A stretch of DNA of 64,000 bases, from the NCBI GenBank assembly GCA_040758355.1, contig JBFLWF010000012.1:15870-79869 (forward strand). Reading direction: 5' to 3'. This document shows positions 39,189 to 49,256 of the stretch, in pieces (the first letter of the stretch is position 1; the number at the start of each line of letters is the position of its first letter). The position numbers and the translations under genes were made by a program. This DNA is from Nitrospirota bacterium. GTDB lineage: Bacteria > Nitrospirota > Thermodesulfovibrionia > Thermodesulfovibrionales > Dissulfurispiraceae. The notes beneath the pieces were generated by a model. The model was not told the DNA's origin. It was given only the letters and a program-made list of their open reading frames with translations, and made no database searches.

Positions 39189-39815
39189 CTACTTCGTATA
39201 CAGCGTCGACGGCTCCGTGCTTGTCTTCGCACCGATGAATCCCAGAGAAACCCTCTCTGCCCGTTTCTCCCTGATGAGTTTTGTAAGGGAGTCTATCTCG
39301 CCGAAGAACCTTGTCCTCGCAATACATGTATCAACGCAGGCAGGACGGAGTCCTTTCTCTAACCTATGCACGCAGAGCGTGCATTTTTCCATTACCTTTG
39401 CCTCGGCATTGAACTGCGGATGTCCGTAAGGGCACGCCCACGCGCAATACCTGCAGCCGATGCATTTGTCCTTGTTGATAAGAACTATCCCGTCCTCTTT
39501 CCTCTTTGTGATTGCCCCGACCGGGCAAGCCGCCATGCAGGCCGGCTTCCCTCAATGCATACAGGGCATCGGCACAAAGTAGACCCTTAAATCTGGCTTT
39601 TCCTTCTGATTTTTAAATTCTCCGACTTCGATCTCCATTACCCGGTTGTAATCCACGCCTACGGGAGTATTGTTCTCTCCCTTGCACGCCATGGTGCAGG
39701 CATGGCAACCGACGCAGTATTCGAGATCGACCCAGAGCGTATACTGCTTAGGACCCGGTTTTTTAAAACTGGCCTCTAAGACTTCATCCGGTACAAAAGT
39801 CCCTAATTCCGACAT
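39189..39815 (-). CDS. 4Fe-4S dicluster subunit with in-frame UGA (candidate Sec; otherwise nonsense pseudogene)
   Basis: Two track ORFs join in frame: PCMH-TGA-GKPACMAACP versus paralog PCMHCGKPACKQACP. Confidence 0.85.
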
Positions 39816-39828
39816 ACCGTCCTCCTTT

Positions 39829-42825
39829 TTATAACCTTTCGACCCTTAGAGGCGTACCGAAACTCTGCGTACCACCTCCTATGGGGTCAACCAGCACCCT
39901 ATTTTTCAAAACAGGGTCGGCCATATAAAGCGGGTTTATATGGAAACCTGCGCCTACTCTTTCATCATGAGGCTGCTCTTTGCCGTTCATATGCCACTTG
40001 CCTTTCGGCGAGCCGGCTCCGAACCTTCCGTAAGACTGGCACACAGAGAACAACCCCGGCCTTATCCTGCTTGTAACCCTGATCTGGAATTTAAACCAGC
40101 CGTTGCCAAGATAGTTTGGATAAAACTGTTTTATGAGCTTGCGGAAATTTTTGTACATATCCGTCTCTATTTGTCCGCTGGAAGGAGACTTTGCCTTGAC
40201 CCAGTCGCCTGTCTTAACGCCCAGTCTCTCGGCATCCGCAGGGTTTATCTCCGCATAGTTCTGAGGCTTGATGGATGCGAGCCACAGGTTGTTCATTGTC
40301 CTCGACTGGGTATGGAAGGCTTCCTTATTCGTGTGAAGCTGCATCGGATATTCATTCCAGATCGCTGGATCAAGGGGCTGCTCTTTGCAGTCAACGATAG
40401 TCCTGTACATCGGCAGACCATCCATATACTCGCCAGTCATAGCGTTTTTATATGTGGAGACCTTTTCGAGGAAAGCAAAGAGTACGCGCACCTGCCTGCC
40501 TCCGGGGAATGATGTGTACTCGCCCGAGGAATAGTCTTTTGTGTATTGATGTTTTGGCGACGGGTTCTGGAATTTCCCGCCCAGCTTCACAAGACTGCTT
40601 TTCGGGTCCAATCCATCCTTAAAGTCTTTGTGCTTATAATATTCGTTCCAGAACTGCCATGAATTGTTGATATCCACGCCCGGTCCGCCTCCGTCTTTCC
40701 CGAATGCAGGAAGACCGCATTCTTTTGAGATCATTATGAGAATATCATCAGCCATTTTTGTGTCAGGTCTTATGGGCTTATAATCATGGGTCTTTGGATC
40801 GAAAGATCCTACTACAGGCTGTCTTAATGCCCATACCTGTGTTTTTACCGGCGGGTATGTCTTAAATCCTCCGAGTCTTTCGAGGTATTCGGTATCAGGA
40901 AGCACATAGTCGCAAAGCTGGGTCGTCTCTCCCATATATGCATCTATGGAGAATGTCAAAGGCATTGCCTTCAAATCCAAAAGCGCCTCGATAGTCTCCT
41001 GATTATAAGGCATTGTATAGGCAGGGTCGTTGTAGTAATTGAGATATGCCTTATTCTTGTAAGGATACCCCATTCTCACATTGGAGAAGAAGTTCGGAGT
41101 CACGCTTCTCGGAGCGCTATAACCGGAGTACCACGGCCTTGAAGCAGTCGGCTTCTTTCCCTGATATGCAGCCTTTGCCGTGTCGGCCCGGATGCCTGAA
41201 GGCTTCCGTTTTTCCTTAGCCTTTACATCGCCTTTATAAGCCGCATGCCCTGAGATAAAACCGCCTTTCCTGTCGATATTGTCAACGAGCATGTTTATGA
41301 TGCAGAGCGCCTGCCCGTTATACCAGCCGTTTGACTGCTGGACAGGGCCGCGGAACATCTCGATTGCAGGGCGTTTTGCGGATGTGAATTCCTTTGCGAT
41401 GTGGGCGATCGTTCCAGCCGGTATATCGCATACGGCATCGCACTCTGCGAGGGTTTTCTCCTGAGCCCTTTCTCTGAGCATCCTGAATACAGTCTTGTAC
41501 TCAACGCCGTTTAAGACATAGCTTGCATCGAGGTCTGCAAACCCGTCCGCATCCTGAAACATCTTAGGCTGTCCGCCGACAAGCACCACAAAGTCGCTCT
41601 GGCCGAGGCCTGCGTCTTTTCCTGTAAGGTACTTCCTCGGCTTGGTCGTGCTGACAAGGTATGTCATGTCCGTCCAGTTCCTGTAGCCCTTTTTCTTTGC
41701 GACCTTTTCATTTGGTATGGTAAGGTATTCCTTTTTATACCCGTTGTTCTCTATCATCCATCTGATCATACCCAACAGGAAATACGCGTCCGTTGTCGGC
41801 TTTATAGGAACCCATTCGCCAACGCCGTTATGCGTTGCCTTTGCAGCGGCATTCGTAAACCTCGGGTCAACCACGACATGCTTGAAATTCTTTGCATCCG
41901 GATTAAGCCTCTTTCCGAATTTCTGCAAATACCGGGCCCTCGTCTGCATGGGATAGTCTGCCTGAGTGACATTAGAGCCCATGCTTATCAAGTAATCGCA
42001 GTATTCATAATCGCAATAGCTCCCTATTTCGTAGGGAGGTAAATTCAAATTTGCCTCTACAACAGTGTAGAAGGTGCCGGCGCAACGGCTGCAATGGTTG
42101 AGCATATGCGGAACGCCGCAGGCGTCAACGACAAACCTCGGCGTCAGAGGCGACTGCTCATTCCTGCCATGCGCCCAGACAAACTGGTTCCTTTTCGGTC
42201 CCCATCCGCCTGGGGGAGCTTCGTCCATATAGGCCGAATCCTCAGGTCCTATGGGCTTATCGTTGCTCAGTATGGATTTCAATCCTTCAACATTACGGTT
42301 CTCTTCTCCGGGAACATTCTTGAAGAGATAACCGCCGTGGCATATCTCCTTAATAGCCTGATCCCACGAAATGGTCTTCCATTTACCTGATCCCCTCGGC
42401 CCAACTCTTTTAAGCGGATGCTGGAGTCTGAAGGGGCTGTAAAGGGCAAAGATGCCTGCCTGCCCTTTCGGACAGAGCGAACCTACGTCCTTTCCTGTAG
42501 GCCCTGCATCGAGGTCTGACTCCTCGACTATATCGCCCTTAGCAGTATAGTCGTAAGTGTTCGGATGGTAAGGATTGCCCGTAAGCCTCGCAAGCTCTCC
42601 GTTTACTACCTTTGCCTGAATGCCGCACCCTCCGTGGCACATAAGGCAGACGCTTCTTACTATCTTCATCTCTCCGTCAACCGGGTCCGGCTGTGAGCCG
42701 GACTTGCCTATCTGCTTTTTCCACTCTGCTGCCTCAACATCTTTGAAATTCGATGCTACCGCGGCAGCAGTAATAGTAGCTGCAGAAAGCTTTAGAAAAG
42801 ACCTTCTTTTCATCTCGGTATTCAT
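39829..42825 (-). CDS. Tat-exported molybdopterin oxidoreductase, TtrA/SrdA/ArrA-like clade
   Basis: KRRSFLK, CLMCHGGC, GNPYHP, LCPKG, HCSRC; ~1000 aa. Confidence 0.9.
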   Translation of the reverse strand: MNTEMKRRSFLKLSAATITAAAVASNFKDVEAAEWKKQIGKSGSQPDPVDGEMKIVRSVCLMCHGGCGIQAKVVNGELARLTGNPYHPNTYDYTAKGDIVEESDLDAGPTGKDVGSLCPKGQAGIFALYSPFRLQHPLKRVGPRGSGKWKTISWDQAIKEICHGGYLFKNVPGEENRNVEGLKSILSNDKPIGPEDSAYMDEAPPGGWGPKRNQFVWAHGRNEQSPLTPRFVVDACGVPHMLNHCSRCAGTFYTVVEANLNLPPYEIGSYCDYEYCDYLISMGSNVTQADYPMQTRARYLQKFGKRLNPDAKNFKHVVVDPRFTNAAAKATHNGVGEWVPIKPTTDAYFLLGMIRWMIENNGYKKEYLTIPNEKVAKKKGYRNWTDMTYLVSTTKPRKYLTGKDAGLGQSDFVVLVGGQPKMFQDADGFADLDASYVLNGVEYKTVFRMLRERAQEKTLAECDAVCDIPAGTIAHIAKEFTSAKRPAIEMFRGPVQQSNGWYNGQALCIINMLVDNIDRKGGFISGHAAYKGDVKAKEKRKPSGIRADTAKAAYQGKKPTASRPWYSGYSAPRSVTPNFFSNVRMGYPYKNKAYLNYYNDPAYTMPYNQETIEALLDLKAMPLTFSIDAYMGETTQLCDYVLPDTEYLERLGGFKTYPPVKTQVWALRQPVVGSFDPKTHDYKPIRPDTKMADDILIMISKECGLPAFGKDGGGPGVDINNSWQFWNEYYKHKDFKDGLDPKSSLVKLGGKFQNPSPKHQYTKDYSSGEYTSFPGGRQVRVLFAFLEKVSTYKNAMTGEYMDGLPMYRTIVDCKEQPLDPAIWNEYPMQLHTNKEAFHTQSRTMNNLWLASIKPQNYAEINPADAERLGVKTGDWVKAKSPSSGQIETDMYKNFRKLIKQFYPNYLGNGWFKFQIRVTSRIRPGLFSVCQSYGRFGAGSPKGKWHMNGKEQPHDERVGAGFHINPLYMADPVLKNRVLVDPIGGGTQSFGTPLRVERL

Positions 42826-42861
42826 GCTTTCCTCCTCCTTTTTGTTATTAACATAAAGTTT

Positions 42862-44082
42862 TCAAGCCTTCTTCCTGCTCTCAAACCTTAGTTCACCTGT
42901 ATAAACCGGGATGGCAAACTTCAGCAACAGTGTATAAAACAAAGCTCCAAGCGCCCATATCCCTATAGTAATAAAGCCTTCTGCCATCGTAGGCCAGTAT
43001 TCATATATCTCCCCGAGGGTATCGGGAATAAATCCGGGGATAATCAGACCCAGACCCTTTTCTATGTATACCCCAAGGATTATTAATACAGCGCCTATGT
43101 TTAAGGTTTTAAAATTCTCGCGGGTCTTCGGTATCAGGAAGATAATAAAGGCTATGACATTAAATATAAGGGCTGTCCACATCCACGGCACCAATAGTTT
43201 TTTCCCATGCAGTCCGAAATATAGATATTCCAATGGAGCCTTGTGAATGCTGTTAGAATAAAACTCCTTAAATACCTCTGCGCCGAACAGGAAAAGATTA
43301 ATGCCCATGGCATACGCTACCAATTCAGCAATTTTAAAGATTGCCCTATTTTCTATCTCCACTCTTGTGAGCTTTCTGATGACCTGAAACAGAATCAACA
43401 TAATGGCCGGGCCTGAACAAAAGGCAGATGCAAGAAACCTCGGCGCCAGTATGGATGCGTTCCAGAAAGGTCTGGATGGGAATCCATTATATAGAAATGC
43501 CGTTACTGTATGTATGCTCACCGCCCATGGGATAGAAAGCAATATCAATGGCCAGATTAACGATAGCTTGTATTCCTTCCCGATGGAGAGCCTGTACAGG
43601 GCGTAAAGGACAAGAGCAAGGTTTATAAAGAGATACCCGTTCAAGACTATTACATCCCATGCGAGGAGGGAGGATGGGAAATTCATCATTCCCACAACAG
43701 GCAGGAGATGCCAAACCTTTTGCGGCTGCCCTAAATCAACCATTATGAAGAGTATGCACATGGTAATTGCTGTTATAGCAACCATTTCGCCAAAGAGCAC
43801 AATCTCCTTAATGGGTTTAAAATTATATAAATATGCTGGAACTACCAGAAGGACCGCTGCCGCAGCTACACCAACAAGAAAGGTGAAATTTGCTATGTAA
43901 AACCCCCACGATACCTGATCCCTCATAGCGGTTGTGATCAAACCCTTGTCGATCTGCTGGATATACGCGCTAATTCCAAAAACAATCAGTATACAAAGAA
44001 AAGCAACCCATGCATAATACTTTTTACCTCCCCTCGTTATCTGTAGAAGCGCCTTAAAAAAGTTTTTTATCATGTTATACAT
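42862..44082 (-). CDS. NrfD/DsrP-family membrane quinol oxidase subunit
   Basis: WGFYIANFTFLVG, DLG.P, HTVTAFL, RFLASAF. Confidence 0.9.
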   Translation of the reverse strand: MYNMIKNFFKALLQITRGGKKYYAWVAFLCILIVFGISAYIQQIDKGLITTAMRDQVSWGFYIANFTFLVGVAAAAVLLVVPAYLYNFKPIKEIVLFGEMVAITAITMCILFIMVDLGQPQKVWHLLPVVGMMNFPSSLLAWDVIVLNGYLFINLALVLYALYRLSIGKEYKLSLIWPLILLSIPWAVSIHTVTAFLYNGFPSRPFWNASILAPRFLASAFCSGPAIMLILFQVIRKLTRVEIENRAIFKIAELVAYAMGINLFLFGAEVFKEFYSNSIHKAPLEYLYFGLHGKKLLVPWMWTALIFNVIAFIIFLIPKTRENFKTLNIGAVLIILGVYIEKGLGLIIPGFIPDTLGEIYEYWPTMAEGFITIGIWALGALFYTLLLKFAIPVYTGELRFESRKKA

Positions 44083-44097
44083 TTACCAACCTCCCTA

Positions 44098-45030
44098 TTA
44101 AACTTGCCAGCCAGTAAAGAAGTAATAAAATTTTGGCTCAGTATTTATGTCCTCTTTCAACCTGAAGACCCTCTTATTTTCAATAAGGTACCTTATCTCA
44201 CTTTTAGGGTCTAAAAGATTGCCGAACTTCCTTGCTCCTACCGGACATACCTCAACGCATGCAGGATATTTGCCTGCCCTTGTCCTCTGTATGCAGAAGG
44301 TGCATTTTTCCACAACACCTTTATAGCGCGGACGATTCCCAAGATAATGGGTCTCGGGATTTAATTCATTTTGCGGGATATTGGGTTTTGCCCAGTTGAA
44401 GCGCCTTGCGCCATAAGGGCATGCAGCCATACAGTATCTGCAGCCGATGCACCAGTTATAATCGACAACTATAATGCCGTCGGGCTCTTTCCATGTTGCC
44501 TGTGTAGGGCACGCCTTTACGCATGGTGGGTTCTCGCACTGCTGACACTGTACAGGCATATAAAAGAAGCCCTTCTCGGGGACCTCTTTTGGGTTATAGT
44601 ATTTCTCGGAATTTTCGAGATCAATCCATTTATCGCCCTTCTTGAATCGCAGTACAGAAATCCAGTGGACCTGAGGAGTTCGTGATTGGTTGTTCTCTGC
44701 TACACATGCATACACGCAGCGCCTGCAGCCGATGCATCTGGAAAGATCAAGGCCATATCCAAACTTTACTCCGGGCCTTGGCTTTGTTGCACTGATATGG
44801 ATATCCTTCTTCCATTCAAGGGATGCCTCCTTTTCCAGTTTCTCGATTACCCTTTTGATCTCCTCATCCGTCATCTCCTTGAAGTGCTTCTGGGAAAAAG
44901 CATCCCAGTTGAACGCATCTGCAGTTTGCAGCGGAAGGGCTGATGCAGCAAGACCTGCTGCTGCACCCTTCAAGAATGTCCTTCTATCAAGCCTGAGTCC
45001 CATCGGGTTGTTCCTTATTTTCTTTGACAT
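44098..45030 (-). CDS. Tat-exported 4Fe-4S subunit (DsrO/NrfC-like)
   Basis: DRRTFLK; four Cys cluster motifs. Confidence 0.9.
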   Translation of the reverse strand: MSKKIRNNPMGLRLDRRTFLKGAAAGLAASALPLQTADAFNWDAFSQKHFKEMTDEEIKRVIEKLEKEASLEWKKDIHISATKPRPGVKFGYGLDLSRCIGCRRCVYACVAENNQSRTPQVHWISVLRFKKGDKWIDLENSEKYYNPKEVPEKGFFYMPVQCQQCENPPCVKACPTQATWKEPDGIIVVDYNWCIGCRYCMAACPYGARRFNWAKPNIPQNELNPETHYLGNRPRYKGVVEKCTFCIQRTRAGKYPACVEVCPVGARKFGNLLDPKSEIRYLIENKRVFRLKEDINTEPKFYYFFTGWQV

Positions 45031-45043
45031 GGCTGTTTAACCT

Positions 45044-45550
45044 CTACTTTAATTTAATGTCCGCTGGTCTCGTTGGCGGCTGTTTTGGTTCAAACGGTTT
45101 AAACCTCGGCTGATGCGGGTCATGGCAGGTTACGCAGATACGATAAACCTTTTCTCCGTCCCACATTCCTGTGGTCTTGCCGTGAATACCTGCCTTCCAG
45201 TCCCTGATCACAGTTCCATGACACTGGCCGCAGAGGATGTATGATTTCTCATAATCTATCAACTGTCCGTTGGCTAATTTCAATTTGTCCCCCTCATGAC
45301 AGTTGAAACACCACTGCTGATCCTCTGCATGTTTGAGCACTATGTTGGAGTGATTCCCCACCAGTTTTCTCTTTGCTTTGTTAACAGGCAAGTACCTGTG
45401 GCACTTGGAACAGGGATAATTCTCAGGAGGCATGGGCTTGGTTATAATCAGCTTTGGAACATCTTCTTCTGCATTCCCTGAATTAAAGAAGAATGCCGAA
45501 ACAAAAAACAATACCGAGAAAATCACTGCTAACTTGCTTCTTCTCTTCAT
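45044..45550 (-). CDS. Tetraheme c-type cytochrome
   Basis: CSKCH, CFNCH, CGQCH, CVTCH; signal peptide. Confidence 0.88.
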   Translation of the reverse strand: MKRRSKLAVIFSVLFFVSAFFFNSGNAEEDVPKLIITKPMPPENYPCSKCHRYLPVNKAKRKLVGNHSNIVLKHAEDQQWCFNCHEGDKLKLANGQLIDYEKSYILCGQCHGTVIRDWKAGIHGKTTGMWDGEKVYRICVTCHDPHQPRFKPFEPKQPPTRPADIKLK

Positions 45551-45586
45551 CACGGACTCCGTTTTAAAAGATTTTTTAGAATGAAT

Positions 45587-45714
45587 AACAAAAACGATGC
45601 CAGGAATGGAATTCCTTTAAAATCAAGACCATCTCTTCACTGCCTGCAAATATGGACATAAATTGGTTGCAATGGTGCAACTTTGAAATCCTAAATACGT
45701 TGCAGGAATTTAAC
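45587..45714 (-). promoter_or_regulatory. Sigma54 promoter plus two enhancer-like palindromes
   Basis: TGGCAT-N5-TTGTT (45587-45602); GTTGCAATGGTGCAAC (45666-45681); GTTGCAGGAATTTAAC (45699-45714). Confidence 0.7.
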
Positions 45715-47055
45715 TTTATCCGGGCCATGCGGTTCTCTATCTTTTAATGATACCCAGACAGTTTGATGATCTCTTATGGACTTCCTCTTTACAGGCAGAG
45801 TAAAGATAAATCTGCTGCCCTTGCCATGTTCGCTCTCCACATGGATCGTTCCTCCATGCATTTCAACGAGCCTCTTTACAATGGAAAGGCCGAGACCTGT
45901 ACCCTCGATCTTCTCCATTCGTTCTGACCGAAGCTGTTCATAGGCATTGAATATGCTCTCATGGTGCTCTGGCGCAATCCCCTTTCCTGTGTCCCAGACG
46001 ATGACCTCTACCGAATCGTTTATCTCCCCTGCCTTTATTCCTGCCTTGCCTCCGTCAGGGGTGTATTTTATGGCATTCTCCAGAAGATTAATGATTATCT
46101 CTCTAAAACGCATCTCATCTCCGCAGCAATATGTGTCCTTGATGTCTTCTGTTTCAAGCGATATATCGATATTTTTATCCCTTGCCTTTAAATAGAGCAT
46201 CCCTACTGTGTCATGGATTGCATCGGAAATCCTGAATGGCTTTATTGATAACTTAATATTTCCGGTTTCTATCTTTGAAAGTTCCATTATTTCGTTGAGG
46301 AGTGCATTTATATGTTCTATGGCCTCGTCTATCCTTTTCCGGCATAGCTCTCTTTCTTCGGCAGCCGTGCTATAAGAGGTATAAAGCAGCGCTGAAAATC
46401 CCCTGACTGCATTAAGCGGCGTTTTTATTTCATGCGAGAGGTTGGCGATAAAGTTAGACTGTGCAATATACAACCGTTTTATTTCTTCCTGTTTTCTAAA
46501 AAGCCTGTCAGATAGGTATGTAACAAACTAGGCTGTAAGTATAAGCGTGCTGATGAACACAGTCCCATAGATGGAAATAACCTCTATTCCTGCAAAGAAC
46601 ATCGGCCTATCTTTGAATATGCCGAAATGTGGCAAAATGCCGATATGCTTTAGCCCTAAAACGGTACTCTGAAGGATTACAGCAAAGGCTGTAAATCTAT
46701 ATGCCCATTTCTTCGGAAGGATAATGCCTGTTATCACGACATGGAAGATATAGTAATAAAGAAACGGGCTGTCGCAACTGCCCGAAAAATAGATTGCAGC
46801 GCTCAGTGCGATATAATCAAGGCCGATCTGTAAAACAGCGTCACCGAAAAGGTTTTCCGAAGGAAGTCTTAATCTACTTTGAAAATATAAATTATAGGCA
46901 ACAACAGGAACGAGGATTATATAAACCGGGAATATAGGGAAATCGAGTTTAAATATCCCTCTTAATGAGTGTGCTGCCACGAATACAGCCGCACACGCCA
47001 GCCATCTGAGGTTTATGAGCCATTTAAGATGTTCCCTTAACTCAGAATTATTCAT
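45691..47055 (-). pseudogene. Membrane histidine kinase interrupted by one in-frame TAG (46528-46530)
   Basis: [42 protein letters not shown] is continuous in frame; HisKA and HATPase motifs. Confidence 0.8.
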
Positions 47056-48652
47056 GCCCTGCGGTCTTAAAGCCTGCTGCAGAATCTCTCAAATCCTCCG
47101 CTATCCTTGTAAGTGCATTTACCTCATGCATTACATCGTCAGCCATCTTCTCCATGTCTTTTGATATGGCCGATGTCTTATCTATATTCTTTGCAACCTC
47201 TTCGGATGCCGACGACTGCTCGTCTACTGCCGTGGCTATCTGGGTTATCTGGTCTCTGACCCTTTGCACAGACTCCACAATGGTATCCAGAACATTTTTT
47301 AAGTTCTTAACATGTCCAACTGCCTTTGTTATACCTTTTGAGGATTCTGTCATTGATTTCGTTGTTTTCCCTGATTCTGTTTGAACAGCGCCTATCTTTT
47401 CTGATATTTCCGATGTCGCTTTTATTGTCCTCTCAGCGAGCTTCCTGACTTCATCGGCTACCACTGCAAATCCCCTTCCCTGCTCACCTGCCCTTGCTGC
47501 CTCGATTGCTGCATTGAGGGCGAGCAAATTTGTCTGGTCTGCAATGTCCTTGATTACCGTGACAATGCCTCCTATTTCCCCTATCCTGCTGTTCAGCTTT
47601 TCAACCATTTCTGCAAGTTCTCCGGTCGATGCATGCACCTCGTTTATTGTTTCAACAGTTAAATCCGTTATCTGTTTGCCGCTTTCTGCTATTTCCATTG
47701 CCTCCGATGACGTATCCGATGCCACTGATGCGTTCTTCGCTATATCGGTGATTGTCTTGCTCATCTCTTCTGCTGCTGTTGCTATCTGGTGGGCCTGGGA
47801 AGATTGATTTTTTGCTCCTTCTGATGTCTTTTCCGTCCTTGTTTCCAATACATCCACTGTTGATACCACTTTGTTTGACGATACGAGTATGCCGTTTATC
47901 ATGTTATTAAAGGACTGGATCATTCTGTTCATGTCGTGTGCGAGGACGCCTATTTCATCTTTACTGTGATAATCTATTGTGGCTCTCAAATCTCCTTCTG
48001 ACAACTGCCTGACCTTTTCTATCAGATGAGTCAATGGCCTGAAGGCAATTGTAACAAGAAAGAATATTGCTCCTGTTACCGACAGCATGCCCATCAGTCC
48101 GAGCCCGAAATAGAGATTGCGGGACGACCTGATTGTGTCAAAAGAACGTGTCAGTGGTATTTTTATGCTTATTGCTCCAAGGACAGTCCCTTCCTCTACA
48201 TTATGACAGGACAAGCAGTTTTTACCCATGTAATTAGATTTTGCGATATATGGGTATACGCCTCTTAAGTACTCCCCTTCAAGCAAAATCTTCTCCATGC
48301 CTTTATCCACAACCTCTCTTTCAATCTCATCCTTTGGATATTCCTCCGGTCTGCCCTTTCCGTAATCCCTGTCAAGGATTTCCGCTCTTATCACATGCAC
48401 ATCTGCGATATGCGACATCTGCTCTAAAAACGGGGGCTTCGCCTCTTTGACATTGCCGGTAATCATCATTGTCGTAAGCGTATTCAATACCGTATCTCTG
48501 AACCCGGCAAGGGTTGTATGCTTTGCTTCGTCAATAACGATGCTTCTGGTCTTGCCTGTTGTTACGAAGATTGTGATTACAATGCCTACAGTGACCAGCA
48601 CTGCAATTGGAACCATTATCTTGCTTTTCAAAGACACATCTCTGATATTCAT
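47048..48652 (-). CDS. Methyl-accepting chemotaxis protein with heme-c sensor (CLSCH)
   Basis: [34 protein letters not shown]; 2 TM. Confidence 0.93.
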   Translation of the reverse strand: MNIRDVSLKSKIMVPIAVLVTVGIVITIFVTTGKTRSIVIDEAKHTTLAGFRDTVLNTLTTMMITGNVKEAKPPFLEQMSHIADVHVIRAEILDRDYGKGRPEEYPKDEIEREVVDKGMEKILLEGEYLRGVYPYIAKSNYMGKNCLSCHNVEEGTVLGAISIKIPLTRSFDTIRSSRNLYFGLGLMGMLSVTGAIFFLVTIAFRPLTHLIEKVRQLSEGDLRATIDYHSKDEIGVLAHDMNRMIQSFNNMINGILVSSNKVVSTVDVLETRTEKTSEGAKNQSSQAHQIATAAEEMSKTITDIAKNASVASDTSSEAMEIAESGKQITDLTVETINEVHASTGELAEMVEKLNSRIGEIGGIVTVIKDIADQTNLLALNAAIEAARAGEQGRGFAVVADEVRKLAERTIKATSEISEKIGAVQTESGKTTKSMTESSKGITKAVGHVKNLKNVLDTIVESVQRVRDQITQIATAVDEQSSASEEVAKNIDKTSAISKDMEKMADDVMHEVNALTRIAEDLRDSAAGFKTAGHE

Positions 48653-48668
48653 TTAACCCTCTTTTTCT

Positions 48669-49031
48669 TCAACCTATCCATTCCCTTATCTTTTTATAGA
48701 TGCTCTGAATTTCGAATGGCTTTTCGAAAAAGATGTCGATTCCTATATCACCCATCTCTGTTTTGTTCAGATGACAAAAACCGGAAACTAAAATTGCTTT
48801 CCCTGAAAATCCCCTGCCGTTTCTGAGAAATCTTATTAGTTCGATCCCGTTTACGGGTTCCATTTTGTAGTCGGTGATTATTACGTCATAACAGTCGGGA
48901 TCTATCGATGCCATTACGGCCTCAGGCGAGTTCGTTGCTACAACATTGTAGCCTTTGCCGCAAAGGAACTGCAGCATGGAAATTATAACGAGCGGGTCGT
49001 CGTCCACAAGCAATATGTTTTTTCTAATCAC
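48669..49031 (-). CDS. Single-domain response regulator
   Basis: ILLVDDD, DYKM, KPF; start moved downstream of the sigma54 site. Confidence 0.8.
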   Translation of the reverse strand: MIRKNILLVDDDPLVIISMLQFLCGKGYNVVATNSPEAVMASIDPDCYDVIITDYKMEPVNGIELIRFLRNGRGFSGKAILVSGFCHLNKTEMGDIGIDIFFEKPFEIQSIYKKIREWIG

Positions 49032-49121
49032 CTTAATGCCTTTTATTGGACTAAAAAGGTGAATGGGGTAGGGGTGTGGGGAGAGGGAAACCCCATTCAC
49101 AAACATATGATAATATTCATA

Positions 49122-49247
49122 ATCAAGTATCATGCCAATTTAAAATTCGCTGATAATCAATGTCTTTCTTATTTGTCAGCAAACAAAGGCATTATTTAAG
49201 TTGTAATGATGCAACCTGAAAAACAAAATATGTTGCAGAAATTTAAC
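49122..49247 (-). promoter_or_regulatory. Second sigma54 promoter plus twin enhancer palindromes
   Basis: TGGCAT-N5-TTGAT (49122-49137); GTTGTAATGATGCAAC (49200-49215); GTTGCAGAAATTTAAC (49232-49247). Confidence 0.7.
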
Positions 49248-49256
49248 GGGATGGGA

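Noticed and set aside
39101..39232. N-terminal 44 aa of ORF 37913-39232
   Set aside because: It translates the REP-like doublet (GTVP twice) and overlaps the upstream gene; a better ATG is at 39100.
39829..42825. Specific gene symbol (ttrA/srdA/arrA/arxA)
   Set aside because: Motifs place it near this clade but cannot fix the substrate without a phylogeny.
42862..42864. Other terminal TGA codons (42862, 48669, 50707, 9085, 8000) as Sec
   Set aside because: The proteins are already full length, no Cys is expected, and no convincing hairpin was seen.
46528..46530. Pyrrolysine at the kinase TAG
   Set aside because: No pyl genes are seen, the site is in a TM segment, and a single-base Tyr nonsense change explains it.
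49032..49133. Long N-terminus of the receiver ORF
   Set aside because: The ATG lies inside the sigma54 motif and the extension is not part of the receiver fold.
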